Positions 39,448-49,171 of a stretch of DNA of 64,000 nucleotides are shown in pieces. Under the pieces are notes generated by a model. It was given only the letters and a program-made list of their open reading frames with translations. It made no database searches and was not told where the DNA came from. Every line of letters begins with the position of its first letter. The stretch's first letter is position 1. Where the stretch lies: positions 64,001 to 128,000 of the forward strand of contig JBHLMG010000001.1 in the NCBI GenBank assembly GCA_048938385.1, read 5' to 3'. The stretch comes from Promethearchaeota archaeon (lineage in GTDB: Archaea > Asgardarchaeota > Hermodarchaeia > Hermodarchaeales > Hermodarchaeaceae). The position numbers were made by a program, and so were the translations under genes.

Positions 39448-40872
39448 TTAGGTAGGAAGTGGGGATTCAAAGGGTTGCACCGCACGAGTTAGAATCCAAA
39501 GGGCTTGCTGTCCCACCTTTGTGCTTCCACGGTGCGTGATTTCTATTAGGGATAATTTGTCGGATAATGGGTTTTCTGTTAGAAAGTATCGCAGGGCATG
39601 TTCAGCGTTCGTGAAATTTCGATGGAGGCTAACCTGGTACCGTCCATCTTTTTGGAAAGCGTCAGGGTGTTTTTTCCTGAATTCTTCAACGCCTTTTGCA
39701 AACTTGGCTCGCGGTCCTTCTCTTACAAAAATCGGGCTGATATCGGTTTTTTCTATATAAAGTGCAATTGCGAAAATTTGTTGGTCAAAAACCTCTTCGA
39801 AAATAACAGTACCAAACCGGAGTTCGCCTGTTGGCTCATGGCTAAGGAACTTTCCTAATTTCGTGGAATACCGATATAACTTATCTCGCGTTTTAGTGTA
39901 ATGCCATCCGGTTTCATCTTGGAACTCGATGATAAAATAGTTTGGACCTAATGATTTCAAATCCACTGGTTTTATGACAGGAATTGGTTGCATCGAGAAA
40001 AAGGATGCATGTGGTCTCTGTAGGAGGGTCTGTGCGTTATCAGTGGTGTACCGGTGTGCGCGAATTGATATGCTGGAAGCGATGTTTCGGTTTGGGTCCG
40101 TTGGGTCCACGATGATGAGTGGCTCATTGAATAATTGTTTTAACTCTTGGGCGGGTCGAGTGAAATAATCAAGCGGAGTAGGTGCTGGGTGGGTGAGAAA
40201 TTTTAGAGCGGATTTAAAGCTCTGTTTGTGGTAAATCAGCATTTCCGTGCTGAAACCAGTAAAGCCGCTTCGTCCAACGGGACTGGCATCTCCATATACG
40301 AACGTGGATGTTAGGAATGCTTTCAGCAATCGGACATGATCTCGTTGGTTAGGAGATAGATGGGAATCGACAAAACGCGAATGGTGGGGAGTTCGATCCA
40401 CAGCCGTGATTGGTCCCTTTTCTAATAGGTATTCAGGTGTTAAATCAAAGCAAAAAACGATGTCCAAATTATAATTATCCAGGCTAGCTGAAACATAGGG
40501 ATGTTCTGCATACGCAATACTCGGGAACTGACTTCCTGCCTCTGTGACAGCTTCAAGGGCGATCTCTTTTACGAGTTTACGGAAAAACTTCCTTAAAGCC
40601 GACTTCGATAGGCTTTCAGGTCTACTTAGGGCTAAAACGGATAGTGGTAAACCAATGAAAACATCTAGTTCTTTCTTATTACGAAGTTGTGTCTGTTTAG
40701 GTCCAGATGATCCTTCTAATTCAATGAAAGCAATTTCCAGTCTCTTTTCGTCAGCTTTTTGTTGAAGCCGCTCTTTGACTTTTAGAAACACTCGGTAGCT
40801 TTCTTCGATTTCAGATCGAGTTGGTCTAATCTCGTCCAATACATTTTCGCAAATTTGTTGGAGGCTAAGCAT
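39448..40872 (-). CDS. cca: class I (archaeal) CCA-adding tRNA nucleotidyltransferase
   Basis: GS...T.L...ELDVF, YAEHPYV, ITAVDRTPHH, VRLLKAF, GFTGF, DPTDPNRN. Confidence 0.88.
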   Translation of the reverse strand: MLSLQQICENVLDEIRPTRSEIEESYRVFLKVKERLQQKADEKRLEIAFIELEGSSGPKQTQLRNKKELDVFIGLPLSVLALSRPESLSKSALRKFFRKLVKEIALEAVTEAGSQFPSIAYAEHPYVSASLDNYNLDIVFCFDLTPEYLLEKGPITAVDRTPHHSRFVDSHLSPNQRDHVRLLKAFLTSTFVYGDASPVGRSGFTGFSTEMLIYHKQSFKSALKFLTHPAPTPLDYFTRPAQELKQLFNEPLIIVDPTDPNRNIASSISIRAHRYTTDNAQTLLQRPHASFFSMQPIPVIKPVDLKSLGPNYFIIEFQDETGWHYTKTRDKLYRYSTKLGKFLSHEPTGELRFGTVIFEEVFDQQIFAIALYIEKTDISPIFVREGPRAKFAKGVEEFRKKHPDAFQKDGRYQVSLHRNFTNAEHALRYFLTENPLSDKLSLIEITHRGSTKVGQQALWILTRAVQPFESPLPT

Positions 40873-40944
40873 TGATTGATTTGTAAGCGAACAGGCTTTT
40901 AAGTCATGAAGACTTAGCCCTAGTTCGAGGGAGCCTGAAGCAGA

Positions 40945-41400
40945 ATGCTAGATAAAGTAGATCTCCAAATACTCGAAGTGTTACAAAGGAATTCTCGAAT
41001 ATCCTTTTCAGAACTAGGTCGAAGTGTAGGGCTTAGTGCAACCGCGGCCAGAAATAGAATCAATAGTTTACTCACGCGTGGAATAATTACTAGACTAGGT
41101 GTGGAGCTTGATTGGTCTAAAATTGGTTGGCAACTTCAATCACTTCTACTTGTAAGGACCGAACATGGTAAGACAGAGACGGTAACCAAACAGCTTCACA
41201 AAATCCCTCAAATTCTATCGGTTACGAAAACTGCTGGTACTGTTGACTTGGTAGTTCGCCTTTTAGCGAGTGATGTGTCTGATTTTAATAATCTAATCCA
41301 CCGGGCGTTTTCAAAAATTCCTGGGATTGTAAGTATCAATACCCTGATGGTTTTAGATGAAGTGAGTAACACTCCACCTTTGCCTATCCAAAAAGAATAA
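40945..41400 (+). CDS. Lrp/AsnC-family regulator
   Basis: LDKVDLQILEVLQRNSRISFSELG HTH plus RAM domain. Confidence 0.9.
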   Translation: MLDKVDLQILEVLQRNSRISFSELGRSVGLSATAARNRINSLLTRGIITRLGVELDWSKIGWQLQSLLLVRTEHGKTETVTKQLHKIPQILSVTKTAGTVDLVVRLLASDVSDFNNLIHRAFSKIPGIVSINTLMVLDEVSNTPPLPIQKE

Positions 41401-41402
41401 GC

Positions 41403-42038
41403 TCAAAATGTCCGTTCAACGATCTTTCCTCTCACATGCTCTTCAGCAAAAATTTGAGCCTGGAAAGTAAAGACTCTGACATCAGGGTCCATATAACAAC
41501 TAACACCTAAACCAGCCTTCTGGCAACAGCCCTTTAAGAACTCCTCGGCATTCCATCCTTGTTCAGGAGCCACTTGGGGTAGCAAGAGACCACGATGCCA
41601 TCCTTTTCCTTCGATGATGAGTCCATGTTTTCCCACAACAATGTGGTTTGGTAATTCCAAGCGATTTTCTACATCAAGTTCTTCGGGAATTGTGAGAACG
41701 CTAACTTCAACCAAAATCGTATCTAGTTCAGTCTCTTGAACAGGTGGAAATCGAGGATCCTTAAACGCTGAGCTTAGTGCAGCTTGCTGAGTAGCTTGGA
41801 GAAGGGGGAGAGGGCTCTGTTTACTATTCGGGCTCGGTTGTAAAAAGCCAATGCAACCCCGTAAATCTCTTGGGTGTTGGGTTTTCAGCGTCACAAAAAC
41901 CCCTCGATTTTCGGATAAAACTTTCGAATCAGAAGCAGGGATTTTCGGTACTTTGTGTTTCCGAATAGAGTCCTCAATGGACTTTCGGGCAAATTTAGTA
42001 AGAATTGTGCCCTCTTGGAGGGTGAGTAATGTGGTCAT
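41403..42038 (-). CDS. AMMECR1-family protein (AmmeMemoRadiSam protein A)
   Basis: GVFVTL, LRGCIG, DPRFPPV, EVSVLT, GLLLPQVA, KAGL. Confidence 0.93.
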   Translation of the reverse strand: MTTLLTLQEGTILTKFARKSIEDSIRKHKVPKIPASDSKVLSENRGVFVTLKTQHPRDLRGCIGFLQPSPNSKQSPLPLLQATQQAALSSAFKDPRFPPVQETELDTILVEVSVLTIPEELDVENRLELPNHIVVGKHGLIIEGKGWHRGLLLPQVAPEQGWNAEEFLKGCCQKAGLGVSCYMDPDVRVFTFQAQIFAEEHVRGKIVERTF

Positions 42039-42056
42039 CAGCTGAGCTCCCGTTTC

Positions 42057-42869
42057 TCATTTTTGAGGAATAAATTGATTGGCAACTAAATCAACCAGAT
42101 TTCGCCGAATAAGCATGTGTTCCATCTGATTCTTACTCATAACTGGGAGGAGATGTTGATGTTCTCGTAGAAGTAAATCCGCTGCTTCTCCAACTGTTGC
42201 ATCATGGCTAATTGTCAACTCCGTTCGTATTAGAATGTTCGAAACGAGAAAATCACGAAGCCTAGTACTCTGGTACTTAGCTGGAGTTTCGCGTCTGAAC
42301 GCTGCGAAACCTAAGGCAAGGCGTTTTTTCGTCACCAAGCCAATGACCTGACCCCTTTCAAACACGGGGAGACCTGGTAAACCTTCAGCTAATAATACTT
42401 GGCGGGCGTGTACTACACGATCAGTTGGGCTCACACTGATTGGCTTTTCTAGTTTTAAATTATGGACATATGTGTCCGAGATATTCCGACATTGATTAAC
42501 AAAGTGCGTGTTTGTAATTATCCCCACAATTTCTTCATTACTCACAACTGGTAGTGCCCGTTCTTTGCGTTTAATCAAAAGTTTTGCTGCGTCGAACATA
42601 TTCATGGAGGGCTCGATGGTTATTGGGTTATACTCCATAACTGAGCTTACATGAATGCTCGCTGGCGTCAATTTTCCTACACGAGCAGAACCTAATCGAT
42701 CGACGATATCCAATTCAGTGATTAGTCCGATTAACTTGTCGCTATCTGTGACAGGAATAGCTGAAATTCCTAACTTCTCCATAACATCTAAGGCCACTGT
42801 CACACCTTGATCCTTATCGATGGTTTTTACAGGACTTTTCATAATTTCTTCTACGATCAGTCTCCACAC
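42057..42869 (-). CDS. CBS-domain protein (four CBS repeats)
   Basis: Repeated M-x-P...LPV...GIIT pattern. Confidence 0.88.
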   Translation of the reverse strand: MWRLIVEEIMKSPVKTIDKDQGVTVALDVMEKLGISAIPVTDSDKLIGLITELDIVDRLGSARVGKLTPASIHVSSVMEYNPITIEPSMNMFDAAKLLIKRKERALPVVSNEEIVGIITNTHFVNQCRNISDTYVHNLKLEKPISVSPTDRVVHARQVLLAEGLPGLPVFERGQVIGLVTKKRLALGFAAFRRETPAKYQSTRLRDFLVSNILIRTELTISHDATVGEAADLLLREHQHLLPVMSKNQMEHMLIRRNLVDLVANQFIPQK

Positions 42870-42938
42870 CTCTTCTTACAATAGTGGGTATTTTCTTCAA
42901 AATACTTGTCCATTTTTTAATCAACTTCATTGAATCTC

Positions 42939-44948
42939 TTAATCTTTTACAAAATCTACTGGACCAGGAGGTAGGACAGATATGATTTCATCAACACTCA
43001 AAGCTTGCACTTGTTTCTGTAGTTCTGGGGCTACTTGTTCAGAAAACAACATTCGAATTTTTTTGGCCGCGTCTGACATTTTAGTTTTTCCTGGGATTAA
43101 AGTAGTCAAGATGTTAGTTCTCTGACGAATCGTTGATTCTGGTCCTGAGATTACTAAGGGAAATCCATTTTCCAGGACAATTCCGATAGCGATACGAAGC
43201 GGCACACCACGCAAGTAGTTTCGCTCACCTCGAACCATGACCGAACCCTTTGCTAAGAATTCCCCCGACGGCGCGCTCAAAGAGACTTGGTTACTGTGTA
43301 CCCAATATGCATCTGCTCCACTCCAACTGGATTTCCACGCTCGCGAATTACAAACAGCGAAAATGGCTATCTCCTGTAACTCCTCTTTTGAAACGGGTTT
43401 TCCCTCGGTTTTCACAATGACTACTGGAGCACCTGAAAAATCCGCATGAAAAAATAGATCAGATTCCTCGAGATATCTGCGAACTAGTTGCTGGTTACTC
43501 GTTGCGTCTCGCCCACCTAGAACTAAAAAATCCTTTGAGGTGCGAAACCATCGGAATTTTTCATACCATCTTTTCTTTCGTCGACTACCTAGTCTAGCGG
43601 CTTCGGCCTGAACCAGCGACTCTTCATGCTTTTCCTCAAGGGAGGCGATTTTCCGTTTTGTATCTTCAATCGCAATTTTTGCGCCTTTAACTTTCTTCTC
43701 AAGTTGCTTACTTCGTTGAAAAATTCGATTTGCGTTTTCAGCCACTGAATAACGAATATCAAGTGAAATTGAGTGCTCATTCAAATTAACTTGAATCTGC
43801 CCGGTCTTTGCTAAGATTTTTTCGAAAACAACCGCTGCAGCGAGTTCTTTTGATTTTCCGTTTTCAAGGCGTTCAATGATTTCATCCCACGAAATGCCCC
43901 GTTGTCGCGCATCCTTAATTGTAGATAGTAATTCCTCTAACACGGGAAGATGTTGATAGATGCTATTCGCAGCAGATCGACTTTGCTCCGCGCGTTTTCG
44001 CATGGTTTCCAAATGCTCACACTGCTGACTGTGTAAACGCTGGAGTTTTGCTAAATCCTTCTGATAAGCCTCATCAATCTCATCAACAGCGAGGTCTTCG
44101 TGAAAAGTCGAGTAGAAGTTATCCAAGGCCTCATTAAAAGTTGAAAACTCTCGCTTTTTCATATCTGCAAAGCGCGAACTATCCGTAGGCAGAACTTGAA
44201 ACGGTTCTCCATCCTGATCTAAAATTATCTGGGGCTTCAACTCCCCTGTTGTCAGCGTATCAAAATGAGCTCTCAGGGTCTGATGCAATTTTTGTCTTTG
44301 TTTATCGGTTAGGTTTGGAGTAATAATGTCCTGTTGGATTTGAATCTTGGAAAGAATTTCTTCAGCAGTAGCCCCACTCATATTTAATCCTCGAACTAAA
44401 GTCGGGACAATCGCCCGTTCTGAGCTATTAAGGATCTCGTTTAGATCCTCAACTGACACTGTTTTCGGATCCATGGCTCTCAATGGAGGAAATTGAAAAG
44501 GCGCCCCTCGTACGACATCGCGGTCTCGCATCCGACGGTAAGTCATCGCTGAGACAATACGGTTCTCAGGGTCTAGTAAGACCGCGTTTCCGCCTCCGAA
44601 GAGCTCGATCACGAGTGTGAATCGTTTTTCCGGGGGACCTGCTCTCAAATAGATAACGCGATCAAAATCGTGCTGCTCAAGATCCGAAATCTTATGGTTT
44701 CGAAGATGCTTTCGGAGAGTCTTACAAAATGCCCGAAGTTTAGCTTCTCGCTCATAGGTATGTGAAGTTAGGTGCATCCGTCGACCGGGTTCTATTAACA
44801 ACCAGATTTTATTAGGTGATTCGTGACTAAGCTTGAAAAGCAGTGTACCATTAAGTTGATAAATATTAAGAATCCATCTCCCGATTGCTACATCCTTGAC
44901 TTCGCGTAACATCACATAAATATCGGACGCGGTCATAGCAGTACTCAC
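42939..44948 (-). CDS. rqcH: ribosome quality-control factor Rqc2/NEMF (aRqcH)
   Basis: LRKHL, QHDFDR, ELFGGGN, WYEKFRWF, GGRDATSN, FHAD, APSGEFL. Confidence 0.92.
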   Translation of the reverse strand: MSTAMTASDIYVMLREVKDVAIGRWILNIYQLNGTLLFKLSHESPNKIWLLIEPGRRMHLTSHTYEREAKLRAFCKTLRKHLRNHKISDLEQHDFDRVIYLRAGPPEKRFTLVIELFGGGNAVLLDPENRIVSAMTYRRMRDRDVVRGAPFQFPPLRAMDPKTVSVEDLNEILNSSERAIVPTLVRGLNMSGATAEEILSKIQIQQDIITPNLTDKQRQKLHQTLRAHFDTLTTGELKPQIILDQDGEPFQVLPTDSSRFADMKKREFSTFNEALDNFYSTFHEDLAVDEIDEAYQKDLAKLQRLHSQQCEHLETMRKRAEQSRSAANSIYQHLPVLEELLSTIKDARQRGISWDEIIERLENGKSKELAAAVVFEKILAKTGQIQVNLNEHSISLDIRYSVAENANRIFQRSKQLEKKVKGAKIAIEDTKRKIASLEEKHEESLVQAEAARLGSRRKKRWYEKFRWFRTSKDFLVLGGRDATSNQQLVRRYLEESDLFFHADFSGAPVVIVKTEGKPVSKEELQEIAIFAVCNSRAWKSSWSGADAYWVHSNQVSLSAPSGEFLAKGSVMVRGERNYLRGVPLRIAIGIVLENGFPLVISGPESTIRQRTNILTTLIPGKTKMSDAAKKIRMLFSEQVAPELQKQVQALSVDEIISVLPPGPVDFVKD

Positions 44949-44960
44949 GGTGATTCACCA

Positions 44961-45281
44961 TTGTTAGAGAAAACTCAATCCTGGCGTACTCGCCTCAGTC
45001 CAGAAGACATGATCTATTATACGCGTCTTCTTTTTTCAATTATTTCTGCAGCTATTGCCCTAGGTTTTAACCTTTGGGGTCTATTGGGGGTATTCGGGTT
45101 CTTAATCGGCATAGTGCTCATTGTTAGTTCCTATCTCATCCCTGTCTACATTCTCGGCGTGAACCCCAAAGAAGTGGGGGGTCATGTAAGGGGAATAATG
45201 AAGGGGTTAGGTACAAGTATATTATTATTCTTAGTAATTTGGTTATTAGGATTTAATTTCATTTACGCGGCTTCTTTATAG
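44961..45281 (+). CDS. EMC6/Rab5ip-like three-TM membrane protein
   Basis: YYTR..SIISAAIALG, G..GF, GLGTSILLFLVIWLLGFN align by eye with the EMC6 pattern YCR..S..SG..AG / GL.....FWT..Y. Confidence 0.6.
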   Translation: MLEKTQSWRTRLSPEDMIYYTRLLFSIISAAIALGFNLWGLLGVFGFLIGIVLIVSSYLIPVYILGVNPKEVGGHVRGIMKGLGTSILLFLVIWLLGFNFIYAASL

Positions 45282-45391
45282 ATTCCTTGAATGTGATTGC
45301 AGAATTCTGCGCCAAACTGTCTTTATTTTGAAGAAACCTTAAAAGGCGACCTGCCCTCTATCGTTTAGGATAACTGCACTGAGGGAGTTCA

Positions 45392-45919
45392 GTGAAACTT
45401 GACGATAAGGATTTGCAAATCCTCTCCCTACTGCAAGAGGATGGGCGAGCGAAGTATACACAAATCGCACGAACTCTATCCAAAGCGATGAACCAAAACA
45501 TCCCTGACACTACAATCCTGTTTCGGATCCGGAAGCTGCAACAGGCAGGGGTGATTAAACGGTTCACTGTAAGTATCGATCAGGAAATGTTAGGGTATAC
45601 AATTTATGGTGTACTCTTCATTGAAATCGGTGGGCATATCCTGCGCGATATTACTATAGAGCATACCAGGAAAATCAGAGCGGAACTCGAAAGCCGATCG
45701 AAGGTCATTTTTCTAGCGCTAAACGAGGACGAAACCGGCATCTTTGCGATTATCCTTGGAAAAGAAAAGACAGAAATTCAAGGAATTTTTGACCAACTTA
45801 AGGACAATCCAGATGTTGTTGACGCAAGGTTGTGGTTCCTGAGACCACCAACAAGGGGTGATAGCCTGATAGGGACAGGCTTGCCCATTCATCAAACGGA
45901 GGAAAATGATGGTGTCTGA
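45392..45919 (+). CDS. Lrp/AsnC-family regulator
   Basis: LDDKDLQILSLLQEDGR...RIRKLQQAGVI. Confidence 0.85.
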   Translation: MKLDDKDLQILSLLQEDGRAKYTQIARTLSKAMNQNIPDTTILFRIRKLQQAGVIKRFTVSIDQEMLGYTIYGVLFIEIGGHILRDITIEHTRKIRAELESRSKVIFLALNEDETGIFAIILGKEKTEIQGIFDQLKDNPDVVDARLWFLRPPTRGDSLIGTGLPIHQTEENDGV

Positions 45920-46649
45920 GACATCGGAACGGGTGAAAACGGGAATTCCCGGATTAGATGGAATCCTTCACGGGGGGTTTATTCCGGGCAGCAATGTACT
46001 CGTCTCTGGAGGGGCGGGTACTGGTAAAACTATCTTTTGTATGCAGTTTCTTTTATCAGGGGCAATGAAATACGGCGATAACGGTGTGTTTGTAACCCTT
46101 GAAGAACGACCCAAAGAGCTGAGGCGTGAAGCAACACGATTCGGGTGGAACTTTGAAAAACTGCAAGAAGAAGAAAAACTCATCATAGTTGATGCAGCTT
46201 CAAGCAAAGCAGGTTTACCAACAACCGAACCACATGCGATTCGAACAGGCCTGGACATTAATGCACTTGCACAAGAAATCTATCGAGTGACAAAACGAAT
46301 CAACGCCCGACGCATAGTAATTGACTCTGTATCAGGATTGGGAATTCGCTTCGAAGGAATAGCTGCAGTAAGAAACGCAATCTTTAAGCTTTCTAGCCTT
46401 CTTCGCGAACTCGGGGCGACATCTATTATGACTTCTGAGGTTGCCGAAGGAACAACCGGATTTAGCCGTTATGGGGTTGAGGAATTCATAGCTCAAGGAT
46501 TAATCATCCTCTCTCTTACCGAGCAAGATCGCGAACTTCGTCGTAGCCTAGTAGTGCGAAAGATGCGTCAAACAGGTCACAGCCTGAAACGCTTCCCCTT
46601 CGAAATAAGTAGCTCTGGACTAGTTGTGATGCCAGGTGGCGAACTCTAA
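45906..46649 (+). CDS. single-domain KaiC-like (RAD55) ATPase
   Basis: TGIPGLD, GGAGTGKT, VTLEE, VIDS, GVEEF, KMR. Confidence 0.9.
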   Translation: MMVSETSERVKTGIPGLDGILHGGFIPGSNVLVSGGAGTGKTIFCMQFLLSGAMKYGDNGVFVTLEERPKELRREATRFGWNFEKLQEEEKLIIVDAASSKAGLPTTEPHAIRTGLDINALAQEIYRVTKRINARRIVIDSVSGLGIRFEGIAAVRNAIFKLSSLLRELGATSIMTSEVAEGTTGFSRYGVEEFIAQGLIILSLTEQDRELRRSLVVRKMRQTGHSLKRFPFEISSSGLVVMPGGEL

Positions 46650-47243
46650 CTAGACGAACACTACTAACGAAGTGGCCATCAAACCCAACATCACCGTGTA
46701 AGCCACTAGAATGTAAACTACTAACGGCACATTTTCGATTGCCCACACGGTTTTAGAACCTTCAGCCGGTGACTGTATCAACCTTCGAGTTAACCAAAAG
46801 ATGCGTTTTGGGGGCTTTTCATCTTGGCAACTTGGCCTGCGTCGCCAGCGTACTACATTCAGAATTAGTAGAATGATGCTATGGATACCTACAATCAGAA
46901 ACCCTCCAATCAAGACCCCAATTGAAGCAAATAACATCCATGTACTTTCAAGGGTTATCCATGGGTGAGTCAATGAAATAAGAAGAATCGCTTTTCCATC
47001 TGCTCCCCCTAATACACCAAATCGAAATCCTAGAATCACTAAAATGAAGTTTGCAAAGATTTCTACACCATAGAACACGAAGAGCCCTGAAAAATAAACA
47101 CGAATCAAAGTGAGGGGAAGAATGAACAAGGCAACAACCCATACCCAATTTGTCACCTCTCTAGTTTTCCAATCTCGAATGGCTGCATAAAGGAGGAGAA
47201 TGAATACCCAAAATATGATGATTAAACTGAGCAAGTTATCCAC
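46650..47243 (-). CDS. prepilin/preflagellin peptidase (A24, FlaK/PibD-like)
   Basis: Two catalytic Asp motifs (RDWKTREV and GGADGK); multi-TM. Confidence 0.82.
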   Translation of the reverse strand: MDNLLSLIIIFWVFILLLYAAIRDWKTREVTNWVWVVALFILPLTLIRVYFSGLFVFYGVEIFANFILVILGFRFGVLGGADGKAILLISLTHPWITLESTWMLFASIGVLIGGFLIVGIHSIILLILNVVRWRRRPSCQDEKPPKRIFWLTRRLIQSPAEGSKTVWAIENVPLVVYILVAYTVMLGLMATSLVVFV

Positions 47244-47319
47244 TAAGCACCCTCAACTATTTCCAGTCATTCTGCTATTTAGCCTTCGCTCATTAAGGAA
47301 GCGACTAGATCGTTTCAAT

Positions 47320-47565
47320 CTATCTTTCTCGCAGGAACCTCAAATACACATAAATGCCAATAATAAAAAGTGCAAAAACCTCAACGGCTATACCTAGTAA
47401 AATTAAGGATGTAACTGGAATTAACTGGTCAGTCATTTTATTTACAAAAACGAAGCCTACGCCACTCAATAGTAGAACAAGAATAACTACCGCTTCAAGG
47501 AATGTCCCAAAACGGCTTAAGCTTCTTCTCATCTGGGATGTTTCAGGTGACATTTTTCTCATCAC
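47320..47565 (-). CDS. small two-TM membrane protein
   Basis: Two hydrophobic helices; AGGAG SD upstream. Confidence 0.55.
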   Translation of the reverse strand: MMRKMSPETSQMRRSLSRFGTFLEAVVILVLLLSGVGFVFVNKMTDQLIPVTSLILLGIAVEVFALFIIGIYVYLRFLRER

Positions 47566-47703
47566 ATGCTCCTAATTTGAAATTCAAAAGGCTCCTTGAG
47601 GGAAATGTTCAGTGGGTTGTTTGAAATATAAATGTGTGTACAACTGCTAGAATCTACCCAGCACCAGTAAGGTATAGCACGCCTAGGAAATCCACCCATT
47701 TGA

Positions 47704-48003
47704 TTATGGGACAGCGTTGATAATTACCTGTTTCACTGCTGGTTCACAAACTTTTCTCACACCATGATCGCCAGGCTCATAGTGGCTTTTGATAAGTCCC
47801 GCGGTCTCAAGGATTTTAACTTGTGCACTTATGTTAGCCTCAGTTTGTTTCAAGGCTTCAGCAATCCGGCTAACATCCATGTTTTTTTCACGAAGAAGAG
47901 AGATGATTTTCCACCGAGTTGGGCTGGAGAGGGCTTTAGCCACATCAGGAACCTCGTCATTTGGCACTTCAAACCGTTCTTTCAACTCTAGGGATCCCGC
48001 CAT
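47704..48003 (-). CDS. ArsR-family HTH regulator
   Basis: KALSSPTRWKII, SAQVKILETAGLI, PGDHGVRKVC. Confidence 0.88.
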   Translation of the reverse strand: MAGSLELKERFEVPNDEVPDVAKALSSPTRWKIISLLREKNMDVSRIAEALKQTEANISAQVKILETAGLIKSHYEPGDHGVRKVCEPAVKQVIINAVP

Positions 48004-48262
48004 AAGATTTCGACTAGGTAGCCCCCTTCATCGGCTCTCCTTAATATACATTTCCCAGTTTATGTTATAAGCAGGTTGTCCAACTTTCTAATACTCATAT
48101 AACGGTTTTTTTAATTAGATTCGGGCGCAATCAAAAAGTGCGTAATAGGGTCGCTAGATTTTTAGTCAAAATGCATCTGATGATGTGAAAAACATCTTTT
48201 GTTCTTCGTTCAATGTTTTCTCAGTTCCCAATAGGTTTTTTCGACACGATATCTCAGTTCAG

Positions 48263-49171
48263 ATGATTGATTTGCATCGACTGGCTAATATTCTGCGCGA
48301 AATCACGGTAGAGGAAATTCAAGTTTTGACGACTCTTGAGGAAGTGGCGCCTCGATTCGAATATGTTCCACTTCCAATAGTGGAGAAACGGTTGGATTTG
48401 TCAGTCGATGATTCGCTCTTCTTTCTTACACGGCTTAACAAAGAAAAACTAGTACAACGCCAAACCGAACCATATCTTGGGTATCGGATATCCCGAGCAG
48501 GTTATGATATCTTAGCCCTTCACACCCTCGCTACCAAGGACATCATCCTTTCCTTAGGTCAAAAATATGGAGTAGGTAAAGAAGCTACTGTTTATCGTGC
48601 ACTAGATGCTAATGGAAACGAAGTGGCTGTCAAATTTCTCCGATGGGGGCGGTCTAGCTTCAAAAGTGTTCGACGATTACGGAGTTTAAAAACGGAGATA
48701 TTACAATCTTGGGCTGAATTCAGTAAACGAGCTGCTGATCGGGAATTCACCGCTTTACGAGTGATGTACCGGAATAAAGGAAAAGTGCCCAAACCAATAG
48801 CGCTTAATCGGCATGTTATTGTTATGTCAAAGATGGACGGCGTTCTACTTCGGTTCGCTGCTGAACTAAATGATCCTCACGCAGTACTAACCCAAATACT
48901 TCAACAACTGCACCTTGCATACCATCAGGCGAAGATCATCCATGGAGATCTTAGCGAGTACAATGTTTTCGTCAATGAAAAGGAACAGATTACTCTCTTT
49001 GACTGGCCTCAGTGGCAACCCATTACGCACCCAAACGCGTTGTGGTTACTAAAACGCGACATTGCAAATGTTCTGAAATACTTTAAACGAAAATTCCGTA
49101 TAATCACTGATGTTCAAAAAACGCTAGAGATGATAACAGGTACGAACAAAAGGAAATACGATTATGACTAA
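48263..49171 (+). CDS. rio2: RIO2 serine/threonine kinase (start likely ATG 48263)
   Basis: N-terminal wHTH with GYDILAL, GVGKE, VKF, IHGDLSEYN, FDWPQ. Confidence 0.92.
   Translation: MIDLHRLANILREITVEEIQVLTTLEEVAPRFEYVPLPIVEKRLDLSVDDSLFFLTRLNKEKLVQRQTEPYLGYRISRAGYDILALHTLATKDIILSLGQKYGVGKEATVYRALDANGNEVAVKFLRWGRSSFKSVRRLRSLKTEILQSWAEFSKRAADREFTALRVMYRNKGKVPKPIALNRHVIVMSKMDGVLLRFAAELNDPHAVLTQILQQLHLAYHQAKIIHGDLSEYNVFVNEKEQITLFDWPQWQPITHPNALWLLKRDIANVLKYFKRKFRIITDVQKTLEMITGTNKRKYDYD

Noticed and set aside
48004-48262. Long intergenic region with TGATGA/CTGA words as a possible C/D box sRNA
   Set aside because: Box order and spacing are not convincing and there is no terminal stem; more simply a divergent promoter region
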